A DNA stretch of 64,000 nt from Marsupella aquatica. Taxonomy: Eukaryota; Plantae; Marchantiophyta. This document shows, in pieces, positions 1 to 10,559 of this stretch (position 1 is its first letter; every line of letters starts with the position of its first letter). The stretch spans positions 11,431,832-11,495,831 of the forward strand of contig OZ316897.1 of assembly GCA_973895155.1 (NCBI GenBank), written 5' to 3'. The notes beneath the pieces are model-generated. The model did not search any database and was not told where the DNA came from. It worked only from the letters and a program-made list of their open reading frames with translations. The position numbers were made by a program, and so were the translations under genes.

Positions 1-417
1 CGTTGAGTGTCTAGCAGTCCAATGACCTCAGAGCTAGCCAACTATAAAAGTATAGAAAGCTTGAGTCAAACCAGATCATACGAAATTGAACTTTCAATGG
101 CACTCGTTGAGTGTCTAGCTTCCATACACGGTGACGTCGAAGGCCCACCCCGCTTGGCTCTGTCAAAAGAAAAAATACTATACGAACTGTTTAGACTCGG
201 TAACAGTAATCGTGGATACCTTTCTGATGCCTCCTGCCGTCTTGCAACGTGTGCAATATGACGCACTTAGCGTGGTCTTTAGGTTCCGTGTAACCAATTG
301 AGCAAAAAGTCCAGAAAGCACCTCCAGTGTTGACATTTGGGGCTTGACCGTCATCGTCTCTCCATTAGTGAGAAGCACCCCATTCTTGATTCCGAAGGAA
401 TTGGTCCATCCGTTCTC

Positions 418-507
418 AGCAGTAAATTTGGTTTCGTGCTCAGCTCGTTGGTCTCCGTCGTGAGCAGTAAATTTGGTTTCGTGCTCTGCTCGTTGGTCTC
501 CGTCGTG
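418..507. repeat. 45-bp tandem duplication
   Basis: agcagtaaatttggtttcgtgctc(a/t)gctcgttggtctccgtcgtg x2; single copy in the paralogous segment (~11040-11085). Confidence 0.9.
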
Positions 508-2619
508 AGCAGCTTCATTAGTCGCGGCACGAACGGATCATATATGTCGTCGTGGTCAGTGGTTTCTGTTTTGCGTTTAACCAACAGAGGCGATGAGTAT
601 GTCCTTTGAAGGCGTTCGTCTTCAATTTTCCAAGCAACGAGGGGATCCAATTGCCGGCGGTCAATTGGATGTGAAAGGCTTTGAAGACCACTGTGTTATA
701 CCATCAATGTTCTGAATTGCCAGGCCCGCGACAAGCAAGAAAACAATCTATCGTTGCGGTGGTACTCTTGGGAGAATAGCAAAAGTGGATATGGACCGAA
801 ACCGTTGGATAGCATACGGAGAGAAATAAGCTTTGTGCCACTTTCATCACTCAGGCATCGTTTGAACAATTCCCTTGTCGGAGTATACAAGGTTGCACTC
901 TTCGCCACCTGAGCTGTGTAACCTCGCTTGGAGCTTTTCTCAATTTGAATACTTGCACCGTTCGGCTTTTTTAGTAACTCGGGGCTCGAGAATTTGCATT
1001 GAGGTGGTGTCGGCGGTCATGAAATTGGGCAGCACGGATTTCAGGAGTGGCCGAGAAAGTTGTGGACGGTCAATGTTTCCAGAGAAAATCGTTTAAATCA
1101 TTTATTTTTCATTGTTTTTCGATCCGATTTCATCAGATTAGTCTGGACGTGCACCGTCGCAATACTTTTAGTCGAATTCAATAGAACTCCATCAAATAGT
1201 TTTGGTTGTGAGGTATATAAAGCTCGAAGGAACAACGCGTACTGGCAGACCATATTTCTTCTCCGAGCAAACTAATGAGACAAAGAGGATCCAAATTAAA
1301 CTGTGTGAGAGCTCAAACAAATGAAGAGGTGAAGAAACCCACATAGGATTGGGCAGGACGAGACGAAGAAACGATTAGGGAGAGGAGGTGCAAAAGAAGA
1401 GTGGAGGGAAGAGCAAGATCACAGGAGAAACGAGTTTGGAACCAAGTGATGGCGACTTAGAGGTGAAAGGATGACAGACACGCGCATAAATCGATGATCT
1501 TGGAAGGACCGGGTGAACAATTATATCAGAAGACTTGACTTCCTTAGTTGTTAGTGTCCACACGAAACTAACGCTTAAGCTTGCAACTGTCGGGGAAGGA
1601 AAGATGAGAGGTATCATGAGAAATTAAGGAGAAAGATTCCATTGCAGATTGGGACTTACAACGCCTTCTAGCATCACAATTTCTCGGAGGTATGGTAATT
1701 GTTTCTGCCCGTGGCAGCCAAACGGGAGGTCAAGGAACAGCTGCGAACTCTACTCGGATACGCTCTTTCGCACTCTCAGTATCATCAGCAGCAGCTGACT
1801 GACCGACCGATCGACTGAGTGCACGTCTGCACTACACCAATTTAGTTCCTCCTCTTGTTTCTGCTGTCTTCGTCTCTCCTCTTGAATTGCGGCGTGCCAC
1901 CTTGGAACGGAAAATTCTCTTGAAGCTGATTACACAGCAAACACTGCAAATTGGCTCCATTTCCTATCAGGAGATAGGCCATGGCACCATGACTGTTGGC
2001 TCTGCTCTTGCGTTTTCCCGTTTCATCCACGTGTTCACCAAGTACTCTCTCTTTCCTGCATCCGTTTATCAACTCGTCTTCGCTCTGTCTTCTCTCTTTC
2101 GCTCTCTTTCGCAAACCGCTTAGTATGTTGCTTATTTCTGTTAGCCATTCATCCTTACTCTTCGATGCATTCATGCGTTTGTGGCGCCCAATTGTTGTCA
2201 CACCAAGATTAGAAATTGCTGGGTGTCACTATGCACATTTTTCAGACGTAAGGACAAAGATGTTTAGGTAGTTCCTGGTTGCACAGTATTTGTCACACGC
2301 AGGTGCAGAGTGATTGATCAGCTCATGACACATCCTGTTCACAGAAAAAAATCTTGAAGGTCTACCGTGCCTTTCCTTTCTGCGCAATTTGTCTCATTTG
2401 TGGCTATCCATGCTGTACAGGAAGTCTTTTTAAACTGATCACGGAGCGGCAGCTTTTGCCAGTGCACCTCATCAGTGCGAGATAGGAGAATTCCAGTGAC
2501 GTGATGTTTTGTTACACGGGTAGGATGCTATTCCCAAGGCAGGTAAATTGTCTCTTACACTCAAGAAGCTTACAGCTGGTTCACATCATAGTTCGAGCCT
2601 AGGAGATTGTACCCATGTA

Positions 2620-4449
2620 ATGCCCGCCTCGAGTGGGACCACAATGGACCCAAGAACTGTGACTGAGGGAGCTGCCAGACTTCAGAGTCTATCCGACATT
2701 ACGTGGCTGGACTTGTCGAGAAGCGTCATTGAGTACAAGGAGACGAAGCTTTTGGCAATGGCCCTCGTGAACAATGAGCTCCCAAACCTGAAAGTGCTTT
2801 TTCTCGAGGGAAATTCAGGAGATGTTGGGATGAGGGCGATGCTAAATGCTCTGAGTGCAGGCCATCTAAAAAGACTCGAGAAGTTCATTCTATGGGAAGT
2901 CTCGTCGTATAACCAAATCACCACAGCTGAAGAGGGCACAGATACCATTGCAGCTGCACTAATGGCCGGCAATCTGCCTAGATTAGACACGATGGACTTC
3001 ACAGGGTCGCTACCCAAGTTGATACCCGCCAGGAAGTTGTCAGAAGCGATCAAGCAGGTGCTCTGGGAGCGCTCATGCGGCAATGGAAGATTTTTGGAGG
3101 GTCTTAAGGTCTGCATGGGATGCCTGTTTTGCACCACAAGTGCAGAGAAAAATCAGACTTTAGAGTGCCTCCGCTGCTTATGTGGGAGACTGCACGCGTA
3201 TAGTGGAGATGATGGGATGAGGAAGATTGAGAGGGCACTCAACTTGACACCCATCGACAGCTTGAGGTTTCTCAGACTGCAACATAATCACATCGGAGAC
3301 GAGGGGGCTTCCAGTCTTGCACAACTTCTTCGGAGAGGTAAGCTGCCTCATCTGGAGGAGTTGGATCTGCGGAACAACCCAGTCGGTTATAAGGGTGCAT
3401 TGAAGATGGTCCTTGCTTACTTGAGGAATCCGCTGCTGACGGTAAGGTTGAAGCTTGATTGGCTCACTGTCCTGCTTCAAGAGAAGGCTGCCAGCTTGAG
3501 GGACAGTAATGTAAGACTCGAGTATAAGTTGAAGAAATTGAAAATACCTGATGATTCAGTAGTCATAGACCAGTTTATAAAATTCGACTACCAATTGAAG
3601 AGGCATCCTGGAGAAGGATGTTGTCGGAGTAACTCTCATAAACTGCATCTCATGTGTCAAGCACAACATGGAGGAGGACACTTCACGAGTCATCAGGTTG
3701 TGACAGAGGAAACCTTAGAGCCAATGGGCATTGAAATTAGGAATCGCTCAAGTTTTGGACTCTCATCTCGGCAAAAAACGGTTCAGAGAGATCTTGAGGT
3801 GGTTTTATCAGGAAATGAGTCACATGAGTCACCAGTGGTAAGTCATATTGAAGTGCAAAGAAGCATCCTTCCCTTGCACACAGGTCATTCCCCATCCATG
3901 CCCCAGAGAGACCCGAATGCGGGTCCGGATGGTAGACCAGTGTTAGATGAGGGGGCATTGTCAGAGTTACCTTCTCCTCGCCCGTCGACATCGTCCCGAA
4001 CTGAGAAGAAGAGAAAAATCGTAGGGGTCAACAGAATTTACATCACCAGTATATCCCGTGCTTTCGTGGGGGCCGCACAAGCTCTGGCCGCAGAAGCTCT
4101 TGGCAACCAGTCCGAGGGGCGGGATTCACAGCAGAAGAGACGTTGGCTTCCAGAGTGGATTCACCAGAAGTTCAGACAACACGAGTATTGGCCTTGGCAG
4201 AGTCGAGAAAAGACAAAGCGACAAATGGATTCTATCATGTTGGAGTTGTTGATGCTGGGTGAGCGGAAACCCAATGAGTTCTATAGCCTGTTTGGCCTCA
4301 GGCAGGTGTTGCTCCAAAACAGGAGCTACAGTGATAAGTATTCTCGTGTGTGGATTTGTAAATCATGTTTTTCGGGTTACTGTGAAACTCAGGTAGTGCA
4401 TCCCATTACAATTCATGACGAATTTAGTGCATCCCATTACAATTCATGA
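2620..4449 (+). CDS. TORNADO1-like RNI-type LRR protein lacking ROC-COR (paralogue 1, ~609 aa)
   Basis: Intronless ORF. The first ATG at 2620 aligns with the ATG of paralogue 2. LRRs: ITWLDLSRSVI, LPNLKVLFLEGN, LRFLRLQHNHIGDEGASSLA, LPHLEELDLRNNPVG. C-terminal LHLMCQ..H and FGLRQV...WICKSC resemble the TRN1 tail. No P-loop. Confidence 0.85.
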   Translation: MPASSGTTMDPRTVTEGAARLQSLSDITWLDLSRSVIEYKETKLLAMALVNNELPNLKVLFLEGNSGDVGMRAMLNALSAGHLKRLEKFILWEVSSYNQITTAEEGTDTIAAALMAGNLPRLDTMDFTGSLPKLIPARKLSEAIKQVLWERSCGNGRFLEGLKVCMGCLFCTTSAEKNQTLECLRCLCGRLHAYSGDDGMRKIERALNLTPIDSLRFLRLQHNHIGDEGASSLAQLLRRGKLPHLEELDLRNNPVGYKGALKMVLAYLRNPLLTVRLKLDWLTVLLQEKAASLRDSNVRLEYKLKKLKIPDDSVVIDQFIKFDYQLKRHPGEGCCRSNSHKLHLMCQAQHGGGHFTSHQVVTEETLEPMGIEIRNRSSFGLSSRQKTVQRDLEVVLSGNESHESPVVSHIEVQRSILPLHTGHSPSMPQRDPNAGPDGRPVLDEGALSELPSPRPSTSSRTEKKRKIVGVNRIYITSISRAFVGAAQALAAEALGNQSEGRDSQQKRRWLPEWIHQKFRQHEYWPWQSREKTKRQMDSIMLELLMLGERKPNEFYSLFGLRQVLLQNRSYSDKYSRVWICKSCFSGYCETQVVHPITIHDEFSASHYNS

Positions 4450-4486
4450 CGAAGTTAGTGCATCCCATTACAATTCATGACGAAGT
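4394..4486. repeat. 31-bp tandem triplication across the stop codon of LRR paralogue 1
   Basis: tagtgcatcccattacaattcatgacgaa(t/g)t x3; one shorter unit in paralogue 2. Confidence 0.95.
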
Positions 4487-5119
4487 TGAACAGGAAGTCC
4501 CTTCACATCTGGATCAACTGCATCAAGAACCGTTTCCATCACCAGATCTTGCCACGAATTTTCCTCAATAAATAATCGTTGTATGATTTCCCAACCACAG
4601 CCAGCACACTCGTCGCTGAAATCCCGAGTACACCACTACAAAGGTTCTCTTTGATTCTGGTCCTAGACAAGTGCCTTGTGCTTGTGATTGAATTGATTAA
4701 AGTTCTGCATTTGCTTTAAGTTGTTGTTGAGCGATGACCCGTTAGGTAACAATTCTTGAGGGTGAGCATCCTACATTGATGATCATTATGCAAAAATCTC
4801 ACTCCATGTGATTGACCATCATTCTGGCAAAGGTCGTATTAGGTTTGGGAAGCTTAAGTGAGCCACTGGTTGTGAAGATCTTGAGCACGGCAAGGGACAC
4901 AAAGTTTCTCGCGTATCCAAATTCCAAGGCTTTGATTATTAAGTCCGTTATCGGAGCAATTAGTTGTGGACGAGATCGGAGTCTACTTGGTTGACAGTGG
5001 ATATCTTGCTAGTGCTTGAGATTTCCATCCATCCTGAAAACCATGCAACGAATCTCATGAACTGAGTAGACGGAATTGACCTAGAGGACCACGAAAACGG
5101 TGAACGAAAGCAAACATAC

Positions 5120-5267
5120 CTGCGAGCTGAATCAGGCGGGTGGTGAGCCCGGCCATCTTGGGCAGCAGCACTTGTGCACGGCGCTGCGGGGGAAGGCTCT
5201 GTATGGCGCTGTGTGTCTGCGCACTCCTTGACGCCAAATTCTGGACCCCACCCTCCGCCGTCGCCAT
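5120..5267 (-). other. Candidate orphan first coding exon (MATAEGGVQNLASRSAQTH...RLIQLA)
   Basis: ATG in 'gaaATGGcg' context, CAG|GTATGT donor at 5119, telo-box-like 'aaaccctaa' at ~5404 and 5'UTR-like sequence upstream. No downstream exon was identified. Confidence 0.4.
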
Positions 5268-6017
5268 TTCTAATGCCTTCCACAACCTACCCTACCCAAG
5301 GAAATGTCACAGAAGAGCAAAGATTTCATACATGGGAGCTCCCCTCCAGCACCAATCAATCACTCTCGTCTGGCCAACCCGAAACAGAAGTCCCAAAACC
5401 ATAAAACCCTAACCCTCAGAAGCTGAGACAGAAAGCAAGCTCTATCGCAGCCCTTAGAAAACCTCTATTCCCCTACGACGACGACCACGAAGAAGAGGAA
5501 AATATGGCAAACTCCAGCAACCCGTCTCATCATCATCCACCGCAACAATCCAGCTCGTGTTTCATCTCCCACAATCCACACGAGCTAGAAAGGAAAAACA
5601 GCAGAAAGAGCCTGTGACAAATCCGCTCGATCAGGAAACGAAAGGAACGATTCCGCTTATTCATTCATCAACGCGATCGATCGATTGCCTTCCTGCGCTG
5701 CAAAACGCCACAATCAAAGATCGTCCGAGATAACAAACAATCCCGCTCATCATATTGCAGCTCCCGCATTCACCATGCATGCGAGGTCGTCAGGCGAAAC
5801 ACAGAACATTCGGAGACGAACCTGCTCGATCAGAAACGAAAGGAGAGAGTGATTCTGCTTACGAATCAACCCGATCGAATTGAATTTGCCTTCATGCGCT
5901 GGAAACGCCACAAGGTTGAAGAAAATGCACACAAGTTTGATGATTTCATCCCATTTTGAAAATGCCGTCTGAGACATTACTCTTTTGTTCAGCCGTAAAG
6001 AACACAGTGAGACCTTC

Positions 6018-6070
6018 GATAAGTGCAACCTTGATAAGTGCAACATTGATAAGTGCAACCTTGATAAGTG
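6018..6070. repeat. 15-bp tandem array of GATAAG-containing motif
   Basis: gataagtgcaac(c/a)tt x3 plus a partial fourth unit. Confidence 0.9.
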
Positions 6071-7165
6071 AAATCCCGCCATAAATGCAAGAATTTCTGT
6101 TGGAACAATTAATGTTGCAGAATTCACTCCTCCAAGCAAGGGGTGTCTGGCAGACAACAAAAGCATTCAAAAATACAAAGCCAAAACTCACTAAAGGCTT
6201 TTAAGATTAGGATAATGTCCTGGTTAGAGTACATTATGGGATATAATGCATGCGACTAGTATATTAACATAGAGAATACTTTGAGTGAATTGAATTTTAG
6301 TGTATGCAATGGGGTGAACAGGCCCTGTTTTGCTTTAGATTTCAAAACACTGAACTCCCCCCATTGTCTTGTAAGCCCCATGAAGGGCCCTTGTACCATA
6401 ATGCCCTAAAAAACAGGGCTTTAGCCAAATTTTGAGATGCTATTATTGCCGCTGATGCATTTGTAACAGGGCCCTAATGCACTTAAAGGCCTAAGAGATT
6501 TTTCCTTTCAGTAAAAGTTGAGGAAAGGTTTCATAATCCCCCCATTCAAATCTGGACTTCAAATCTGGACTATATATAATTCTCCATATATAAAGCACTG
6601 GCAGCAGTACAAATCAAGAGGAGGCCCTGAAGTCTCTAGGGAACATCAAGAGATGGGCTAAGGCCCATGTCTTCCGGTCCATCTCTTGTACCAAACACAA
6701 GAACTGCTTGACTCAAAGAGTGTCACACTATTTGTCTACTCCAATTGAGAACTATTGTAGTCTGTCTAATCTAATTTAATTTAATCGACTATAATCAGAT
6801 ATCAGTTATTGTCTCACCCACAGTCAGCTTACAAAATGCCATTTAGACAATAACAAACCTAGGCAATTTTATTTCCCTACCCATTTTTCCTGACTCTGGG
6901 ATTTTGCTAATGACCTCTCTTAGCCTCTCTATGGGCCCGTGCCATCACACTCCTGTCATGGACATCAACCCCCACGCTCCATGGATCCAATTTTCTTCTC
7001 ATTTCTGTTTCAGCACAATATATTTCAAACTGCCAACAAATCAAAGGGATCTTAAGCAGGACACATCATCTCGCATTGAAGGCACTTTCCAAAATAATAA
7101 ATACTCAACTGCCCTCCCTATCATCAAAATTGCCCTACTGATTGGACTCACCATCCAAAAGATTT

Positions 7166-7509
7166 TGTTGAACATAGACTACATTCACAACGGCAAACCC
7201 ATGAACCATCCAACGTACAAGAGTCAACACAGAGAGATACGTGGTTCACCTCTACATGAGGCTACGTCCACGAGAACACACAAGAGCTTTACTGCACTCT
7301 AGACCGAATGGCCATACCAAGCATCCATAGCACAAGCTCTCCCTATCTCTCAACTAGCTCCGTAACAATGAGCCTAAGTTCCACCAGGGTCTGGCATCAG
7401 CCCTAGCTATATGCACAACAGCACTACCGCTAACATTAGCTAAGTCCTAACCCAAGTTAGATTAACTGTGGTTAGCTCATGAGTCACAAGACTAGAGCAA
7501 TATCTAACA
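7166..7509 (+). mobile_element. Solo LTR (family A, 3' type 1)
   Basis: TGTTG...TAACA termini, 344 bp, flanks gattt/aattt (4/5 TSD); full-length similar to 21029-21372. Confidence 0.85.
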
Positions 7510-7857
7510 AATTTTCCATATCCACAGATCCAGCTTCCATCCATATTCACAACTATAACACAGTTGTAACAACAACTAAACTAAAACCAATGGTTGGTAC
7601 CCAGGTCCATAATTTTGTCAAAAATTTGACGATATGATTTAATTTTCTACTACCCTAAAACCCACATCTTTGTCAATCCTGGGTGGAGGTTGAACCCCCC
7701 CCCCCCCCTCCCAGCAACTGTATGCCACCTGTTTTGGGCTCATGACGGCGAGGGCAGGTTAATTCGAGGGGTGAGGGTGTCTGTGACTAGTTCTGACCAG
7801 ATCCCGTGTCCAGAGGATTGCAGTCAGACAAGTCTTCCCTCTCACCCCATAGGCATG

Positions 7858-9302
7858 CAGTGGTGGACCTCGCCACCCAGCGCCCTCACCAATCCCAGCA
7901 CTTGCGCCTAAGTGCCCTTGGTGCCCGAATGCCTCCACGGAATACCTCGAGCAAACATCCAAGTGCCTCTAGCACCACCTGTGGCCCCTCCCATACGACC
8001 CCGCCCTTGCTCACCTGCACGACCGCTACTCATCGGTCCTCACTGTCTGCACAAAAAACCAAGCACCTCGGTAAATAACCCCTCTGGATCTAGAACTCGC
8101 CCAGTCTAGCATCCTAACTCAAGCTCAACAGACGTTGGTAAATAGGTCAGTGATAGGTCCTCCCGATGCCATAAGCCCACTGTCCGTCCAGGACAGCTCC
8201 TTCCTTGGGCGCGGCCCGGGTTCCCCCTCGTACCTATCCATCACCAACTGACCGCCCCGACCTCAGGACATGCTCATGGCCCAAACAGCGTACTAGCTTG
8301 TCCCTAAACACACCGGGACCAGAATGGCCCCGACTCTAACAACCGCTCCCGGTTTTCCCCACTGATGGTCTAGGGACCGAGCGCCCTTGGGACTCAGCCT
8401 CCATACCTACTTGGCCTCGCCTCCCCAACGCAAGCTCCCTTGGGAGGCTGAACGCGGCTTGGTTGCTATTTGGCAGAATTTGGCAAGCGGGCGAGCTAAC
8501 ACCCGCAAACCACGAGAACCCATGGCACCCCAAGACCCATCTGAGCTCTCCTCAAGAGCTTTCCAACAAACCCAAAAAGTCCTCCAACGGACTTCCCGTT
8601 GGGAAGATATCGCCATTTCCGTTTGGCGGTTTCCCTTAGTGTCGCGACCGCCGCGGCTCACGACTTCGGCTCGGCCTTAGCCCCTAGGGAGACACCACTC
8701 CCCTCATATATGCTTCTGGAGACCTGCCACCCCCGGACCAACTTTGGTCCCTAAACATTTGGCCCCCAACCCGGATCCCATCGCGCATAATGGGCGAGCC
8801 ACCAACTGGCAACGCCCATAACTTTCTTGATAGGCATCCGCAAGCGGAGTGCCTTAGCCCGTTGTGATTGGGCCGACCCGGTGCTCATGCCTAGGCCCTC
8901 AGGTCTGATCGCCGCTCAGGGCCCCCGACCGGCCCAACCCGGATCGGGCCACAATTTGCGCCCCAAGAGTCCGCTGCCAATGGCGTCAACTCCATTGGCC
9001 TTGGGCCCAAGAGGAGCTCACTCCCAAGCCCTCAGGACTCAAAGCCCATCCGACGGTCCGAACGGCCATCCTTGAGCCCGGCCCATTTCCCCTTGACCCG
9101 ACCAGCCATAGGCTAGTCCAAGTCCTTAGTTCGTGTCCCCAGCTTGGCCCCTTGCCTCGCCAGTGCCACGTCTCATTGCCCACAAGTCTCCCCATGCTAA
9201 GTCCTCCCCGGATGGCCTATCCGGGCCTGGACCATAAGGGAGCTCGGCGTCGGAGTCAACGACACCAGAGCTAAGTGTTAAGGTAGTCGAGTTCCGCGAC
9301 TC
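7858..9302. mobile_element. Non-autonomous GC-rich element with imperfect short TIRs
   Basis: Inverted second copy at ~38430-39843. Left end cagtggtggacctcgcc vs reverse complement of right end gagtcgcggaactcgac; ATG directly flanks both ends. No transposase ORF. Confidence 0.65.
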
Positions 9303-9480
9303 ATGCCCTTGAGTCAAATCCTGAAAGCATCACATTGCACCCCTGATATGGTTTCTCAGTTCAACATAATGTTTTTGTAGTATAAGAGTCACACTCCCAA
9401 TCACACTCCTAGTGGAGATATTGGTGCGGTCCCCAGGTATTCGTGATTGGGTTAGAGCAAAGCACAAGCATTGGGCTATG

Positions 9481-9883
9481 TGTTGAGCAAAGACGACATT
9501 CACAACGACAAGCCCATGATTATCCCGCACAAGTAGTCGATACAAAGGTACATGGTTCATTTCACATGAGGCTACTTCCATGGGAACACACAAGAACTTC
9601 ACTGTATTCTACACCTATCAACCATATACAGTCTTTGTAACATAAACTCTCCCTATCTCTCAAGTGGCTCAGTATCAATGAGTCTCAATTCCTTCTATCC
9701 AAGGAAACATAGCTTGGGCATATAGTCATATGGGAATTCCTTCTATCCAAGGAAACATAGCTTGGGCATATAGTCATTTGGAGATATACTCTGCAACATG
9801 AGTAACATAACCAAGTACTCAACTAAGGTTAATCCTAAGTATGTTACAATCATAACCTTAAAACTAGAAGTAAATGCCTAACA
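9481..9883 (+). mobile_element. Solo LTR (family A, 3' type 2) with internal 48-bp duplication
   Basis: TGTTGAGCA...CCTAACA termini, flanks ctatg/ctaag (4/5 TSD); 'aattccttctatccaaggaaacatagcttgggcatatagtcat' duplicated at ~9687-9782. Confidence 0.8.
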
Positions 9884-10559
9884 CTAAGTATAATACTCCG
9901 TTAATAAGACCATGCTCCTAAGAGTTCATTACGGTGAATAATTATTCTTTTTACTCGTGTTTACACATTCCTTCCTCACCTAAGCCTTCCATTTACTCCA
10001 AAGACTTATCACACGCTTCCTTCCAGTTCCTCAAAGACTTGTCACACGTTCACCCACTTTGGATGCCCACCTATGATGTCTATGTTGTGTTCATGTTATT
10101 ATTAAAACAAGCTGAGTCACGAGCTGGACGTCTGCCCTTTTAATGTAAAGTCTCACACTAAGAATACTTCATCTTGATTCATGGTGGTTGTTCGAGAACC
10201 GGACGACACTAATATCTGTGGTGGCTGTTTGATGCAACATCATCCAGCTTGGCACAGATTTCGGAACATTGGCATCTCCTGTTCATTACTCTCAAACGAA
10301 TCTCAAATCAAATCGTCGACAGGGACCAGGATCTGTAATTCTAATCTCTGGGAAAGTTCCATCTGCTTTCTTACGATTATCACTAAACACATTCACCTGA
10401 AAGTTGTGAAGGAATCAAGAGTGGCCCGACTTAAGTCTTCAGCTCACTTTGTTTTCATTTCTTTCCAATCTCTTTTCGGTGGTGTACGTGTGTGGCGGGG
10501 AGGGGCGATGCTGGATTGCAGAACGAACTTGGCTTCGTAAGCAAGGTTGTTCGAGCCAA

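Larger units (their letters stand above)
40..4897. repeat. Segmental duplication, copy A (LRR gene plus flanks)
   Basis: Colinear similarity to ~10560-14706, e.g. 'ggcactcgttgagtgtctagcttcca' at ~99 and ~10616. Similarity ends at 'ttgagcacggcaaggga' (~4897) vs 'ttgagctcggcaagcga' (~14706). About 1205-2065 is absent from copy B. The unit may extend left of the window. Confidence 0.9.

Noticed and set aside
351-908. Minus-strand ORFs upstream of LRR paralogue 1 as a divergent gene
   Set aside because: Non-ATG starts, an internal stop, frame broken by a duplication in copy B, and no recognisable domain.
2682-3480. Minus-strand ORFs conserved across the LRR paralogues (also 12454-13324 and 62900-63652)
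   Set aside because: They are antisense shadows of the real + strand genes.
4394-4486. 31-bp repeats as a CRISPR array
   Set aside because: The units are contiguous with no spacers, there are no cas genes, and the context is eukaryotic.
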